Origin: a virus
IMG/VR virus record: IMGVR_UViG_3300020152_000019
Length of the DNA stretch: 25,485 nt
Direction: 5' to 3' (one strand)
Shown: positions 7,278 through 15,346 of the stretch, in pieces
Layout of the letters: the number at the start of each line of letters is the position of its first letter
Position numbering within the stretch: position 1 is the stretch's first letter
The notes under the pieces: model-generated
Told to the model about the DNA's origin: nothing
What the model saw: only the letters and a program-made list of their open reading frames with translations
Database searches by the model: none
Position numbers and translations under genes: made by a program

Positions 7278-7553
7278 ATGAAAGACGAGTCTGTTGACAA
7301 GGGAGATTGGATAGCGACTGTAACCACAGTTTCTATCAACACACCAAAAGGAATAATGAAACTACCTGCCGAAGAAATGGTAGATACTTTAATAAGAGAA
7401 AATCCTGAGGGTTCTGTAGGTTCTATCATTAAGTATTTGCAATTTTATATCAATAGGTCAGGAAAGAAAATAGATCCAGAGATTAAAGAAGAAACAGAAA
7501 GAGCTAAAAAAATCTTTCAGGGCATACATACTAAGAAGAAAATTCTCTCGTAG
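7278..7553 (+). CDS. DUF3175-like protein
   Basis: W.A.VTTVS...P.G......AEE....L...S.I.YLQFYINRSGKKI......E.ERAK resembles DUF3175 (LTFYINRAGKNL); AAGGAG RBS. Confidence 0.65.
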   Translation: MKDESVDKGDWIATVTTVSINTPKGIMKLPAEEMVDTLIRENPEGSVGSIIKYLQFYINRSGKKIDPEIKEETERAKKIFQGIHTKKKILS

Positions 7554-7554
7554 T

Positions 7555-7583
7555 TGAATTAAATACACTTACATATATAATAT
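7555..7583 (+). promoter_or_regulatory. phage promoter motif, copy 2 (variant class)
   Basis: TGAATTAAATACACT-TACATATATA-ATA. Confidence 0.75.
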
Positions 7584-7610
7584 GCGACGTATTAATAAAA
7601 GGAGTTTATT

Positions 7611-8066
7611 GTGATTTTGTCTGACTATGATATTCAGCAGAAGCGAAAAGAGTTTGATGAAAAGAAATTCGAAGTAGAAATTGGACGTGGTTCTTATCCG
7701 ATAAATATCGTTGGTCATCCAACTCAATATTTCTTTGCGGTTGAAACTGATGAAGGAATAGAAGGTATTTGCGGATTGAATGCCAGGTTATTAAGTCTTA
7801 GAAATAGAGAAGATCCTGCTAGCGAAGCATTTTATGCTGATTTAGCAGTAGAGACTCATATTCCTGGATTCTATGCTGAAGTTCTAAATGAACTAGTTAC
7901 TTCTATTACAGTAATAGATAGTAGTGGTAACAAAGAAACAGGACTATGTCGATATCAAGATGTAGAAAAAGTAGAGACAGTTATTAACTCTAACTTTAAA
8001 CCAAATGGTAAACCCAAACTGCAATTAGTTGTGAATAATCCTAAAATAGAAGGTAAGGGAAATTAA
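7611..8066 (+). CDS. hypothetical protein
   Basis: 151 aa, AAGGAG RBS, GTG start. Confidence 0.8.
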   Translation: MILSDYDIQQKRKEFDEKKFEVEIGRGSYPINIVGHPTQYFFAVETDEGIEGICGLNARLLSLRNREDPASEAFYADLAVETHIPGFYAEVLNELVTSITVIDSSGNKETGLCRYQDVEKVETVINSNFKPNGKPKLQLVVNNPKIEGKGN

Positions 8067-8068
8067 AT

Positions 8069-8314
8069 ATGAAACACGAACAAGACGTTAAACTTCCTAC
8101 TAACCTAAAGATCAAAAACCCTGAAGCAGCATTGCAGGCTATCCTTAACATAGCTCGTGATGCTGAAGTGATCGGGCTAGCAGGAGATACTAATCTAGCT
8201 GGTGTCAGATGTGTAGTTGAGGGACTTAATCTGGGTCATTGGTATAAACTCTCTGAAGCTCTCGGTGATGATGTTTGTAAGTTCTTAGAAGAACCCGGAA
8301 CACAAGTGAGTTAA
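8069..8314 (+). CDS. hypothetical protein
   Basis: 81 aa, closely coupled to the upstream gene and followed by a terminator. Confidence 0.75.
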   Translation: MKHEQDVKLPTNLKIKNPEAALQAILNIARDAEVIGLAGDTNLAGVRCVVEGLNLGHWYKLSEALGDDVCKFLEEPGTQVS

Positions 8315-8318
8315 ACTT

Positions 8319-8356
8319 ACACTACCTCTAGCAATAGGGGTAGTGTTTTCTTTTTT
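8319..8356 (+). terminator. intrinsic terminator
   Basis: ACACTACCTCTA-GCAA-TAGGGGTAGTGT followed by TTTCTTTTTT. Confidence 0.85.
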
Positions 8357-8359
8357 CCT

Positions 8360-8400
8360 TATTTGAAATATTTATAGTTACATATATACTAAGTGATCTT
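8360..8400 (+). promoter_or_regulatory. phage promoter motif, copy 3
   Basis: TGAAATATTTATAGT-TACATATATA-CTAAGTGATCTT; 8360-8392 is identical to 15288-15320. Confidence 0.85.
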
Positions 8401-8419
8401 AATGGATAAGGAGTTTATC

Positions 8420-8557
8420 ATGAACAATCGTCTTACATACGCTCAACAACAAGCTGCAAAGAAGACTGACGTCTTTTTCGCAAAGCTTACGATTGCTTTT
8501 ACAGTGGCTGTCGTAACCGGTGTTTTCTATCTGGTCATTCAACAACTTAATAAATAA
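8420..8557 (+). CDS. small single-pass membrane protein (45 aa, not in ORF track)
   Basis: AAGGAG RBS directly after the promoter; MNNRLTYAQQQAAKKTDVFFAKLTIAFTVAVVTGVFYLVIQQLNK with one hydrophobic helix. Confidence 0.8.
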   Translation: MNNRLTYAQQQAAKKTDVFFAKLTIAFTVAVVTGVFYLVIQQLNK

Positions 8558-8567
8558 CGAGCTTATT

Positions 8568-8765
8568 ATGACTTTCCTTCGTCAGAAAGAATGCAATAGC
8601 TGCAACAACGTCTATCACAGTTCTCAAATTCCTCAGCAACAGTTTGAGAAGCTGATTGAAAATGACATCGGTGAATACTCCAGAAATGGCGACGACGAGA
8701 TTATCACTACTCGTGGTTGCTGTAAAGAATGTGAAGAAGAGTATCTCAGTTCTATTGAAGAATAA
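8568..8765 (+). CDS. small putative zinc-binding protein
   Basis: Start moved to ATG 8568; CNSC...CCKEC motifs. Confidence 0.7.
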   Translation: MTFLRQKECNSCNNVYHSSQIPQQQFEKLIENDIGEYSRNGDDEIITTRGCCKECEEEYLSSIEE

Positions 8766-8784
8766 ACCTAACAAACTTATTTAA

Positions 8785-8829
8785 AGCGATATACGGTTAA
8801 CTCCGTATATCGCTATTATTTTTTATTTA
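8785..8829 (+). terminator. intrinsic terminator
   Basis: AGCGATATACGG-TTAACT-CCGTATATCGCT followed by ATTATTTTTTT. Confidence 0.8.
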
Positions 8830-8841
8830 GGAGATATTATT

Positions 8842-9117
8842 ATGAAAAACTTTGTTATTGGTATCCTTGAATCCCAAGGTATTGCAGCTCTTCTTCAGGA
8901 TCGTGTGCGTCTTACCGAACTGAAAGAAGTTAAAGTAAAAGAAGTAAAAGAAATGCAAGCTCGCCGTTTGGCGTTGATCGAAGAACTTCGTCAGCTTAAC
9001 ACGAATATGATCGACACGTATTCTGAAATAGCTGACATCAATGAGTTGTTGGACGTTAACGAGAAAACGTACAACCGTTTGCTTGGTCCTGGCGCACGAC
9101 TGAAAGTTGTGTGTTAA
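8842..9117 (+). CDS. coiled-coil hypothetical protein
   Basis: 91 aa, AGGAG RBS, heptad-like L/I spacing. Confidence 0.8.
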   Translation: MKNFVIGILESQGIAALLQDRVRLTELKEVKVKEVKEMQARRLALIEELRQLNTNMIDTYSEIADINELLDVNEKTYNRLLGPGARLKVVC

Positions 9118-9160
9118 AAAAATAAATTACCACAAATAAATTGTAAAGGGGGGTTTAAAA

Positions 9161-9592
9161 ATGTCTATCACATCTACTGTAAATTCTGATGCACTTGGTG
9201 TGGTGCTGGGTACTTTTGTAAAATTGATGCGAACGGTAGCCACACCTGGGGCTGATATTCGGCAGTTTATTTCTACCATTGACTTTGATAAAGTTGATCA
9301 AGCAATAACTACTCTTTCTGGCAATATCCAAGAGTGTATTGACCGAGAAAAGAATGATTCGTCTGAACCTACTCCAACTTGGCAACAGGTACATGATTCG
9401 AGGAATATACCATCGCCGAGTAGAACAATTTACTATACAGCTTCGGAGATGCAAGCTATCGGACTCTATGACACTATTCGAGGCGGTAATTGTACCACCA
9501 ATGAAAATCCTGAAGAAGCAATTAAGTTCTTTATTAACTTAGTAGACCGTATTCGTGACGAACGCTCTGTATTAGCTATTCGTCATCGTTAA
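9161..9592 (+). CDS. hypothetical protein
   Basis: 143 aa, AAGGGGG RBS. Confidence 0.75.
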   Translation: MSITSTVNSDALGVVLGTFVKLMRTVATPGADIRQFISTIDFDKVDQAITTLSGNIQECIDREKNDSSEPTPTWQQVHDSRNIPSPSRTIYYTASEMQAIGLYDTIRGGNCTTNENPEEAIKFFINLVDRIRDERSVLAIRHR

Positions 9593-9618
9593 GGTAATTT
9601 AATTAAAGGGGAAGTAAC

Positions 9619-10371
9619 GTGAATGGTATTAAATCTGATAATTGGTTGCGCTGTCAATCTGAGAAGCCCACCCATGTAATTCATCGCGCTTTGGGGGGTG
9701 TTGAATATGCTTCTGCACCGTTTAGCAGAGCCCAGAGCGCAATCATGGCGACGCAAGATCTGATGCAAGGTATCAACAACAGCAATGTTGCTGGTAACTT
9801 CCATTTCGATACGATGCGACCGATTACAGAAGAAGAGCTTGCTAATTGGAAACCGATGATCGAACCGTTCACGAATCGTTGTGTGCGGGAAGAAGAAGGT
9901 AAGAAAATCATTTCCTATGGCTTGTCGAGCTATGGTTATGATCTTCGCATTGGTAACAAATTCAAGATCTTCACTAATATCAATTCCACGGTAATTAACC
10001 CGAAGGACTTTGATAAGCGTTCTTTCGTTGACTTCGAAGGAGATGTTTGTATTATCCCTCCGAATTCGTTTGTACTCGCCGCAAGCTTGGAATACATTCG
10101 TATGCCTCGCAATGTGACTGGTGTAGTGTTGGGCAAGTCTACCTATGCTCGCACTGGTATCGTTTGTATTGCAACACCGCTGGAAGCTGAGTGGGAAGGT
10201 CATGTGACTCTGGAGTTCGCAAACACGACTCCTCTGCCTGCAATGTTGTTTGCTAACGAAGGCGCAGCACAAGTGTTGTTCTTCGATGGAGAAGAATGCT
10301 TGACTTCATATGCTGATCGTGGTGGTAAGTATCAGTGTCAAGAAGCTGGTCCTGTTCTCCCGAAAGTGTAA
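9619..10371 (+). CDS. dcd: dCTP deaminase with an N-terminal insertion
   Basis: [48 protein letters not shown] and [10 protein letters not shown] motifs. Confidence 0.96.
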   Translation: MNGIKSDNWLRCQSEKPTHVIHRALGGVEYASAPFSRAQSAIMATQDLMQGINNSNVAGNFHFDTMRPITEEELANWKPMIEPFTNRCVREEEGKKIISYGLSSYGYDLRIGNKFKIFTNINSTVINPKDFDKRSFVDFEGDVCIIPPNSFVLAASLEYIRMPRNVTGVVLGKSTYARTGIVCIATPLEAEWEGHVTLEFANTTPLPAMLFANEGAAQVLFFDGEECLTSYADRGGKYQCQEAGPVLPKV

Positions 10372-10372
10372 C

Positions 10373-10681
10373 ATGAATAAAATCACGTTACCGTCTGGAA
10401 GAACAGTGCCTGTAACGGGGTATATCTATAGATTCTTATACCATATCCCGACAGGTGAATATCGTCAATGGGTAAAGCCTTTCTACGTAAGTCGCAACGG
10501 TAAAATCTGTTCAGAGATCGAAGCGCAGTTTGAAGGAATGAATAAGGAAAAGTTAGGTCAGTTCCTTAATCGCCCTGGGTACTTTGAGATGTTTTCTACC
10601 AAAGAAAACTATCATAAAAACAAAGCACTGTTTATGGCGTCGGTATTAAAACGACTAAAGAAAATTGGTCACTTTGCATGA
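10373..10681 (+). CDS. hypothetical protein
   Basis: Start moved to ATG 10373, just after the dcd stop. Confidence 0.7.
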   Translation: MNKITLPSGRTVPVTGYIYRFLYHIPTGEYRQWVKPFYVSRNGKICSEIEAQFEGMNKEKLGQFLNRPGYFEMFSTKENYHKNKALFMASVLKRLKKIGHFA

Positions 10682-10685
10682 TTAC

Positions 10686-10726
10686 ACACTCACTACTTCT
10701 CAGAGTAGTGAGTGTTTTTCTTTTTT
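10686..10726 (+). terminator. intrinsic terminator
   Basis: ACACTCACTACT-TCTCAG-AGTAGTGAGTGT followed by TTTTCTTTTTT. Confidence 0.88.
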
Positions 10727-10730
10727 CATC

Positions 10731-10759
10731 TGAATTAAATATAGGTACATATATAATAG
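10731..10759 (+). promoter_or_regulatory. phage promoter motif, copy 4 (variant class)
   Basis: TGAATTAAATATAGG-TACATATATA-ATA. Confidence 0.75.
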
Positions 10760-10813
10760 TTGTTGTATTGCAAGTATTACTCAAATCGTAATATGGTGAG
10801 CAGTTAACTGCTT

Positions 10814-10844
10814 CCTATAGCCCTAAAAGCTATAGGTCTTTTTT
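10814..10844 (+). terminator. terminator within the leader of the SLT gene
   Basis: CCTATAGC-CCTAAAA-GCTATAGG-TCTTTTTT, about 60 nt downstream of the promoter motif and before the RBS. Confidence 0.7.
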
Positions 10845-10866
10845 AATCATCAGAAAGGAGTTTAGT

Positions 10867-11460
10867 ATGATGTTCAAAACTAAACGAACTTGTCTTTATG
10901 TTCTTTTTACGCTCTCGTGTTTATTCCTTCTAATTGGAATGACTGAGAATTCCTTTTCAATCATGCAACAAGCTTTTGCTTCTGAAGTTGATGAAGTGAT
11001 AGAAGATGAAGCAGAACTCGCTCTTACTGAAGAAAAGAGAAAGATTGCTGACGCTATCACGAAGGTATATAAATATGTACCTCCAACCGAAGCAACTAAG
11101 ATTGTAGACGTGGTCTACAAATATTCAGAAGTGCATGAAATTGAACCATCATTGCTACTTGGTATTATCGCTACGGAAAGTAGCTTTAAGAAATACGCAA
11201 GAAGTCGTGAAGGAGCAGTAGGTTACACTCAAGTGCTACCCAAATATCATCAAGACAAGATCAAAGGTCGAAACATCTTCGATACGTATGTCAATATACA
11301 AGTAGGGTCAACGATACTCTCGGATTGCTTACGTAAACACAATAATCTTAAGAAAGGATTAGGCTGCTACAATGGTACTAGCGATAGTAAGAAGGTTAAG
11401 AAGTTCCAAACTACTATCACCAAACGGAAGAATCAAATTCTTCTCTTAGCATCACTTTAA
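10867..11460 (+). CDS. SLT-family lytic transglycosylase with N-terminal signal/anchor
   Basis: LLLGIIATESSF (catalytic Glu), S..GAVGYTQVLP, NIQVGSTIL and CYNG motifs; basic plus hydrophobic N-terminus. Confidence 0.88.
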   Translation: MMFKTKRTCLYVLFTLSCLFLLIGMTENSFSIMQQAFASEVDEVIEDEAELALTEEKRKIADAITKVYKYVPPTEATKIVDVVYKYSEVHEIEPSLLLGIIATESSFKKYARSREGAVGYTQVLPKYHQDKIKGRNIFDTYVNIQVGSTILSDCLRKHNNLKKGLGCYNGTSDSKKVKKFQTTITKRKNQILLLASL

Positions 11461-11476
11461 CAACCCAAACCCATTT

Positions 11477-11518
11477 GCTACGGAAGCCTTGAGCTTCTGT
11501 AGCTCTTTATATTTTTAT
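11477..11518 (+). terminator. intrinsic terminator
   Basis: GCTACGGAAGC-CTTGA-GCTTCTGTAGC followed by a T-rich tail. Confidence 0.8.
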
Positions 11519-11559
11519 TTCTTTTTTCATTGCGTGATAAATCCATAAAAGGAAAGAAT

Positions 11560-11979
11560 ATGCATAACACCACAACTACTGAGAAACCTTTTTCTGATAC
11601 AGTTAAAGCTCTTCTTATTTACAGTAAGAAAACTGAAAGCGACTTTACAATCAAAAGCCTTATAGCGGATTGTTTAGGTAATTTGTATCATCACGAAATG
11701 AGAATTAAAGATGTTCTTGTAGTTCTTACTAATGCTCTTGAAGAACTCTATTCTATTAAAGAGTTCGAAGCAGGTCGTAAAGAAAATCTGCTTCTAGATC
11801 TTCTTAAAGCTCCTTTTGACGGTGCTCGTCGTCTACACGATCCTGTGTGGGGGCCGAAGTTGGAACAATTATGCCCAGTAGAAAGTTTCTATGATTCTAT
11901 TGTGGCTGAAATGCTTTATAAATTCAAATTCACTAATGTTGGTTGGTGCAGAAAATATCTGTTTCCCAACGAAGAATAA
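11560..11979 (+). CDS. hypothetical protein
   Basis: Start moved to ATG 11560 after an AAGGAAAG RBS. Confidence 0.75.
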   Translation: MHNTTTTEKPFSDTVKALLIYSKKTESDFTIKSLIADCLGNLYHHEMRIKDVLVVLTNALEELYSIKEFEAGRKENLLLDLLKAPFDGARRLHDPVWGPKLEQLCPVESFYDSIVAEMLYKFKFTNVGWCRKYLFPNEE

Positions 11980-11991
11980 GGAGAATATGTA

Positions 11992-12321
11992 ATGAAAATT
12001 ACCTACGGTGCTGGTAGTACTGAATACGGTCCTGGAGTAGAAATCTCTCTTACAGGAAGTGAAATAGCAACAGCAATTAGTGCTTATTTAGTAGCACAGG
12101 GTATTCATGTAGACGGTGCAAGAACTATTTTTGTGAATGCAGAACTATGTGAAACTGGTAGAGTATATGTAGATCCGAGTGGTTTTGTTATCGCAAACGG
12201 TCGACGCTTTTCTGGTCGTGGTCCTGACTATGATAAAGAGAAAAAATATATGAGAGTAGGTCCTATTACTACTCTTGAAATTGATACTCACGTTAATGGT
12301 GAAGATGATGACAACAACTAA
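11992..12321 (+). CDS. hypothetical protein
   Basis: 109 aa Gly-rich beta protein, AAGGAG RBS. Confidence 0.8.
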   Translation: MKITYGAGSTEYGPGVEISLTGSEIATAISAYLVAQGIHVDGARTIFVNAELCETGRVYVDPSGFVIANGRRFSGRGPDYDKEKKYMRVGPITTLEIDTHVNGEDDDNN

Positions 12322-12679
12322 TGTCTCCACAGCAGGTGCAAGCTTTCTGGGAATGATCGAAACTGATAAAGGTCTCTTCCTTCCCTTTTTGTTCTTTAGT
12401 GATGACGATCGAGTAGAAATCTTTAATGACGGTGAAGAGTCTATTGGTCTCGTCTATACCAGCTCTTCTGAAGTTCTATTTAAGGGTAAACAAATCGGTC
12501 GTGTACGCTATCCTTTTCCGGATGAACCTACCACTATTAAATTAGTCTTGGAAAACGAAGACGGATCACATACTACCGTTGATAGTCATGTTCCTACTAG
12601 CGATGTAGAGTGCTTCATCAAAGCTGAAAAGTTCTTCACAGAACACCTCATCAAAAACAATATCATCACTGTAGAGTGA
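12305..12679 (+). CDS. hypothetical protein
   Basis: Start uncertain (12305 or 12308); overlaps the upstream stop. Confidence 0.7.
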   Translation: MMTTTNVSTAGASFLGMIETDKGLFLPFLFFSDDDRVEIFNDGEESIGLVYTSSSEVLFKGKQIGRVRYPFPDEPTTIKLVLENEDGSHTTVDSHVPTSDVECFIKAEKFFTEHLIKNNIITVE

Positions 12680-12692
12680 GAAGGAAATAAAA

Positions 12693-13934
12693 ATGAGTTT
12701 AAACCTGAATAAAGATTCCCTAGTCCAACTCATCGAGATGGCAAGAAAAGAAATCGTTCTTGAAGAAGCTGATAAAAACGCTATCTTTAATATGTTAGCG
12801 CAATTAACTAGTAACCAGATGCAAATGTATAGTGAGGTATCTTCACATCTTCGGTTAAATTACCATAGTTCATACGGTATACCTGCGACTCCTTTCAATA
12901 TTATAAACGGAGTATCTATTCCTTACGCTTTAAAATGTGAGGATGAATTCTCTAAGAAGTTGAAAGAGAAAATCAGGAAGCAAGCAATGTATCATGCTTA
13001 TTTCTCTGACATCAATATTGATTTTCCTGATCTTGTTGTTAAAGAGATTGAGAATTTGTTAAAAGTGAAAACAGATGTAATTACTCTTAACGAATTGGAA
13101 CTTCGTTGCCTTAATATCTGTATCCTCTGTAATTGGCTTAAGAAAGATCTCGTTGATATTGGGGTGGGTGATTTTATCATTAATGTGAAATCTGAAAAGA
13201 ACGGATCTACCCCGTACAAGAAGATTTCGATAAAGTATATCAATCCAGTGTTTGAAGGAAATGATATCGAGATAACTAGAGAGGTGTATTCCTATCAATA
13301 CAACTATAATTACCTAAAGAACGAAGGCCGTAGTTCTTTTAATGTAAGTGGTAATCATAGTAACAGTGTATTTGAAGTTCCTGCTGGGTTCTTAAAAGCT
13401 CTTGATGAAGTTATTTATGATCTTTATGCAGAGTCAAACGTCACTAATGATCGTAGCATAGATAACTTGATCACGGAAGTACTTGCTAGAATTACAGCAA
13501 ATTTTAAAGAGATAGTGGATACTTGTTTGCCGAAGATTGTTTCTACCGAAGATCTTTCGCATAAAGAAAAGTTATACACAATTAGTAGGGTTATGAATGA
13601 AAAAGTAAGGTATACAAACCCCTTATTTCTTTACAGTCATAAAGTTATGGACCTTTCATCCTCTCATGCTTATGCATCAGAAGACGGTGAGTCTTTGCTA
13701 TTTGAATTAGAAGTATCAAGCTTCTTTAAAGCAGAGGGTAGTTACGAAAAACAGACTGTTAAGTTTGGTTTTGATCATCTTCGTGAAAGTACAGTACATT
13801 GCTTCTTTATGGAAGAAGATTACCATGTGAAGCTTTATAATTACTGGATCTTACATGAACTGGAAAAACACTTTGTTAACGTTAAAGAAGCCGTACAGTT
13901 GATAGGTAAATTCGACAAGTACGGCAATTACTAA
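12693..13934 (+). CDS. hypothetical protein
   Basis: 413 aa, AAGGA RBS, no motif recognised. Confidence 0.85.
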   Translation: MSLNLNKDSLVQLIEMARKEIVLEEADKNAIFNMLAQLTSNQMQMYSEVSSHLRLNYHSSYGIPATPFNIINGVSIPYALKCEDEFSKKLKEKIRKQAMYHAYFSDINIDFPDLVVKEIENLLKVKTDVITLNELELRCLNICILCNWLKKDLVDIGVGDFIINVKSEKNGSTPYKKISIKYINPVFEGNDIEITREVYSYQYNYNYLKNEGRSSFNVSGNHSNSVFEVPAGFLKALDEVIYDLYAESNVTNDRSIDNLITEVLARITANFKEIVDTCLPKIVSTEDLSHKEKLYTISRVMNEKVRYTNPLFLYSHKVMDLSSSHAYASEDGESLLFELEVSSFFKAEGSYEKQTVKFGFDHLRESTVHCFFMEEDYHVKLYNYWILHELEKHFVNVKEAVQLIGKFDKYGNY

Positions 13935-13946
13935 GAAAGATTAACT

Positions 13947-14189
13947 ATGAGCGCCGTGTATGTAATTCCAACGATAACAGGAATGTTTCTTGTTGGAATA
14001 ATTCTCTTTCTTTTCTGGATGAAAAAGAAATATCAACATCTTGATCCTGTAACTGAATGTGATTTGTATAAAAACGAAGGCTGTAGTCATGTAGACGGCT
14101 TTCTATGCGATGTAGAATCGTGTTCTATGCGTAAAGAATATCTTCAAGATAAGGAAGGACAAAATAAATGTCAACCCAACAACCAATAG
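13947..14189 (+). CDS. membrane-anchored Cys-rich small protein
   Basis: N-terminal TM helix, then KKK, then CDLYKNEGCSHVDGFLCDVESC. Confidence 0.75.
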   Translation: MSAVYVIPTITGMFLVGIILFLFWMKKKYQHLDPVTECDLYKNEGCSHVDGFLCDVESCSMRKEYLQDKEGQNKCQPNNQ

Positions 14190-14377
14190 AAAATCCGAAT
14201 ATCAAGACTTGGAAAGGACTACTTCATAGCGGAGTACCGACGCTGACAGTCTTACATTTGGCTCAAGGACACGCTAAAGCTCTGAATGAACTGTCTGGAG
14301 AAGTTGAAGGCAGAGATCAAGCTCTTAAAGAGGTGGAAGCCTTCATCTCTGAAATAAAAGAAGGTAAGTATGACTAA
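14168..14377 (+). CDS. hypothetical protein
   Basis: 69 aa, overlapping operon packing, GGAAGGA RBS. Confidence 0.7.
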   Translation: MSTQQPIENPNIKTWKGLLHSGVPTLTVLHLAQGHAKALNELSGEVEGRDQALKEVEAFISEIKEGKYD

Positions 14378-14606
14378 CAAAGTTTTTATGTTTAATGAGA
14401 AGGATATTGTTAGACATAAGAATGGAGATGATTATATTATTTTAGATACGCCAGAGTTTGCTCGTATAGAGGAAACAAACGAACCTGCGTACTATTACAC
14501 AAGAGCTGACGGTAATGATAAACGTCGATGGATGCGGTCTCAAACCAAAATGGAAGATGGCCGTTTTACGCTAATCAGTAAAGGTGTTTCAAATGCTAAC
14601 AACTGA
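14370..14606 (+). CDS. DUF1653-like protein
   Basis: VRHKNG..Y.IL...ARIEETNEPAYYY......RWMRS...M..GRF matches the DUF1653 pattern. Confidence 0.65.
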   Translation: MTNKVFMFNEKDIVRHKNGDDYIILDTPEFARIEETNEPAYYYTRADGNDKRRWMRSQTKMEDGRFTLISKGVSNANN

Positions 14607-14838
14607 AGTTGGTAAGAAAGTTGTAGATCGTATCTGTGAATATCTAGTCGTCAATGAAGGGGATATCAAACTCGAATCTACCTTAGAGAGAGATCTTGAA
14701 TCTGATATGCTAGATCGCATGGAATTATTCTGCGCTCTTGAAGAAGACTTTAATATCTTTATTAACGATGATGATGAAGAAAAGATCATCACTGTAAAAG
14801 ATCTCATTAAAACTATTGAAAGACTTAGACAGGAGTAA
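14593..14838 (+). CDS. acyl carrier protein homologue lacking the phosphopantetheine serine
   Basis: Aligns end to end with AcpP ([32 protein letters not shown] versus DLESDMLDRMELFCALEEDF..FI.DDDEEKIITV); DSL is DML. AAGGTG RBS before ATG 14593. Confidence 0.85.
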   Translation: MLTTEVGKKVVDRICEYLVVNEGDIKLESTLERDLESDMLDRMELFCALEEDFNIFINDDDEEKIITVKDLIKTIERLRQE

Positions 14839-15056
14839 TGATGCCTGAACAAAAGTTTGAAGTTAAACCGGTAGGTGTCGCGTATGTATGTGACGCTTGT
14901 GGGGAAGGTGAGATGCAACAGGTCGGTAAGCTTCATTACGAAGCTGAAAAGGTATTGTTCCCTCATACTTGCAACCATTGCGGTCATAAACAAGATTTTT
15001 ACGAAAAGTATCCTCTTGTTCGCTTTGAAGGTAACACAGGAGTGAAAAGTGGCTGA
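14838..15056 (+). CDS. zinc-ribbon protein (paralogue 1)
   Basis: YVCDACGEGEM...FPHTCNHCG...EKYP. Confidence 0.8.
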   Translation: MMPEQKFEVKPVGVAYVCDACGEGEMQQVGKLHYEAEKVLFPHTCNHCGHKQDFYEKYPLVRFEGNTGVKSG

Positions 15057-15249
15057 AGAACAACACGAAGCTAAAGTAATAATTGTCGACTATATTTGTG
15101 ATGTGTGTAAAGAAGGTAAGATGATTCCTACTGGTATGGTACTATCGTCTTATCCTCCTCAATATCCTCATGTTTGTAATAAATGTGGAAGTACTACTAA
15201 TTTAAAAGAAACATATCCAACCACTAGGTTTGTCAAAGTGGAAAGTTAA
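15049..15249 (+). CDS. zinc-ribbon protein (paralogue 2)
   Basis: YICDVCKEGKM...YPHVCNKCG...ETYP; AGGAG RBS, GTG start. Confidence 0.8.
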   Translation: MAEEQHEAKVIIVDYICDVCKEGKMIPTGMVLSSYPPQYPHVCNKCGSTTNLKETYPTTRFVKVES

Positions 15250-15251
15250 TC

Positions 15252-15285
15252 AAGAAGAGAGACACATAGTCTCTCTTCTTTTTTT
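15252..15285 (+). terminator. intrinsic terminator
   Basis: AAGAAGAGAGAC-ACATA-GTCTCTCTTCTT followed by TTTTT. Confidence 0.85.
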
Positions 15286-15287
15286 CG

Positions 15288-15328
15288 TATTTGAAATATT
15301 TATAGTTACATATATACTAATTGAACTT
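15288..15328 (+). promoter_or_regulatory. phage promoter motif, copy 5
   Basis: TGAAATATTTATAGT-TACATATATA-CTAATTGAACTT. Confidence 0.85.
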
Positions 15329-15346
15329 AACAGTTGAGGAGTTTAT

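Noticed and set aside
8922-8953. Short AAAGAAGT(T/A)AAAG repeats (KEVKVKEVKE)
   Set aside because: Low-complexity coding sequence within a coiled coil.
9589-10272. 227-aa minus-strand ORF
   Set aside because: Shadow of dcd.
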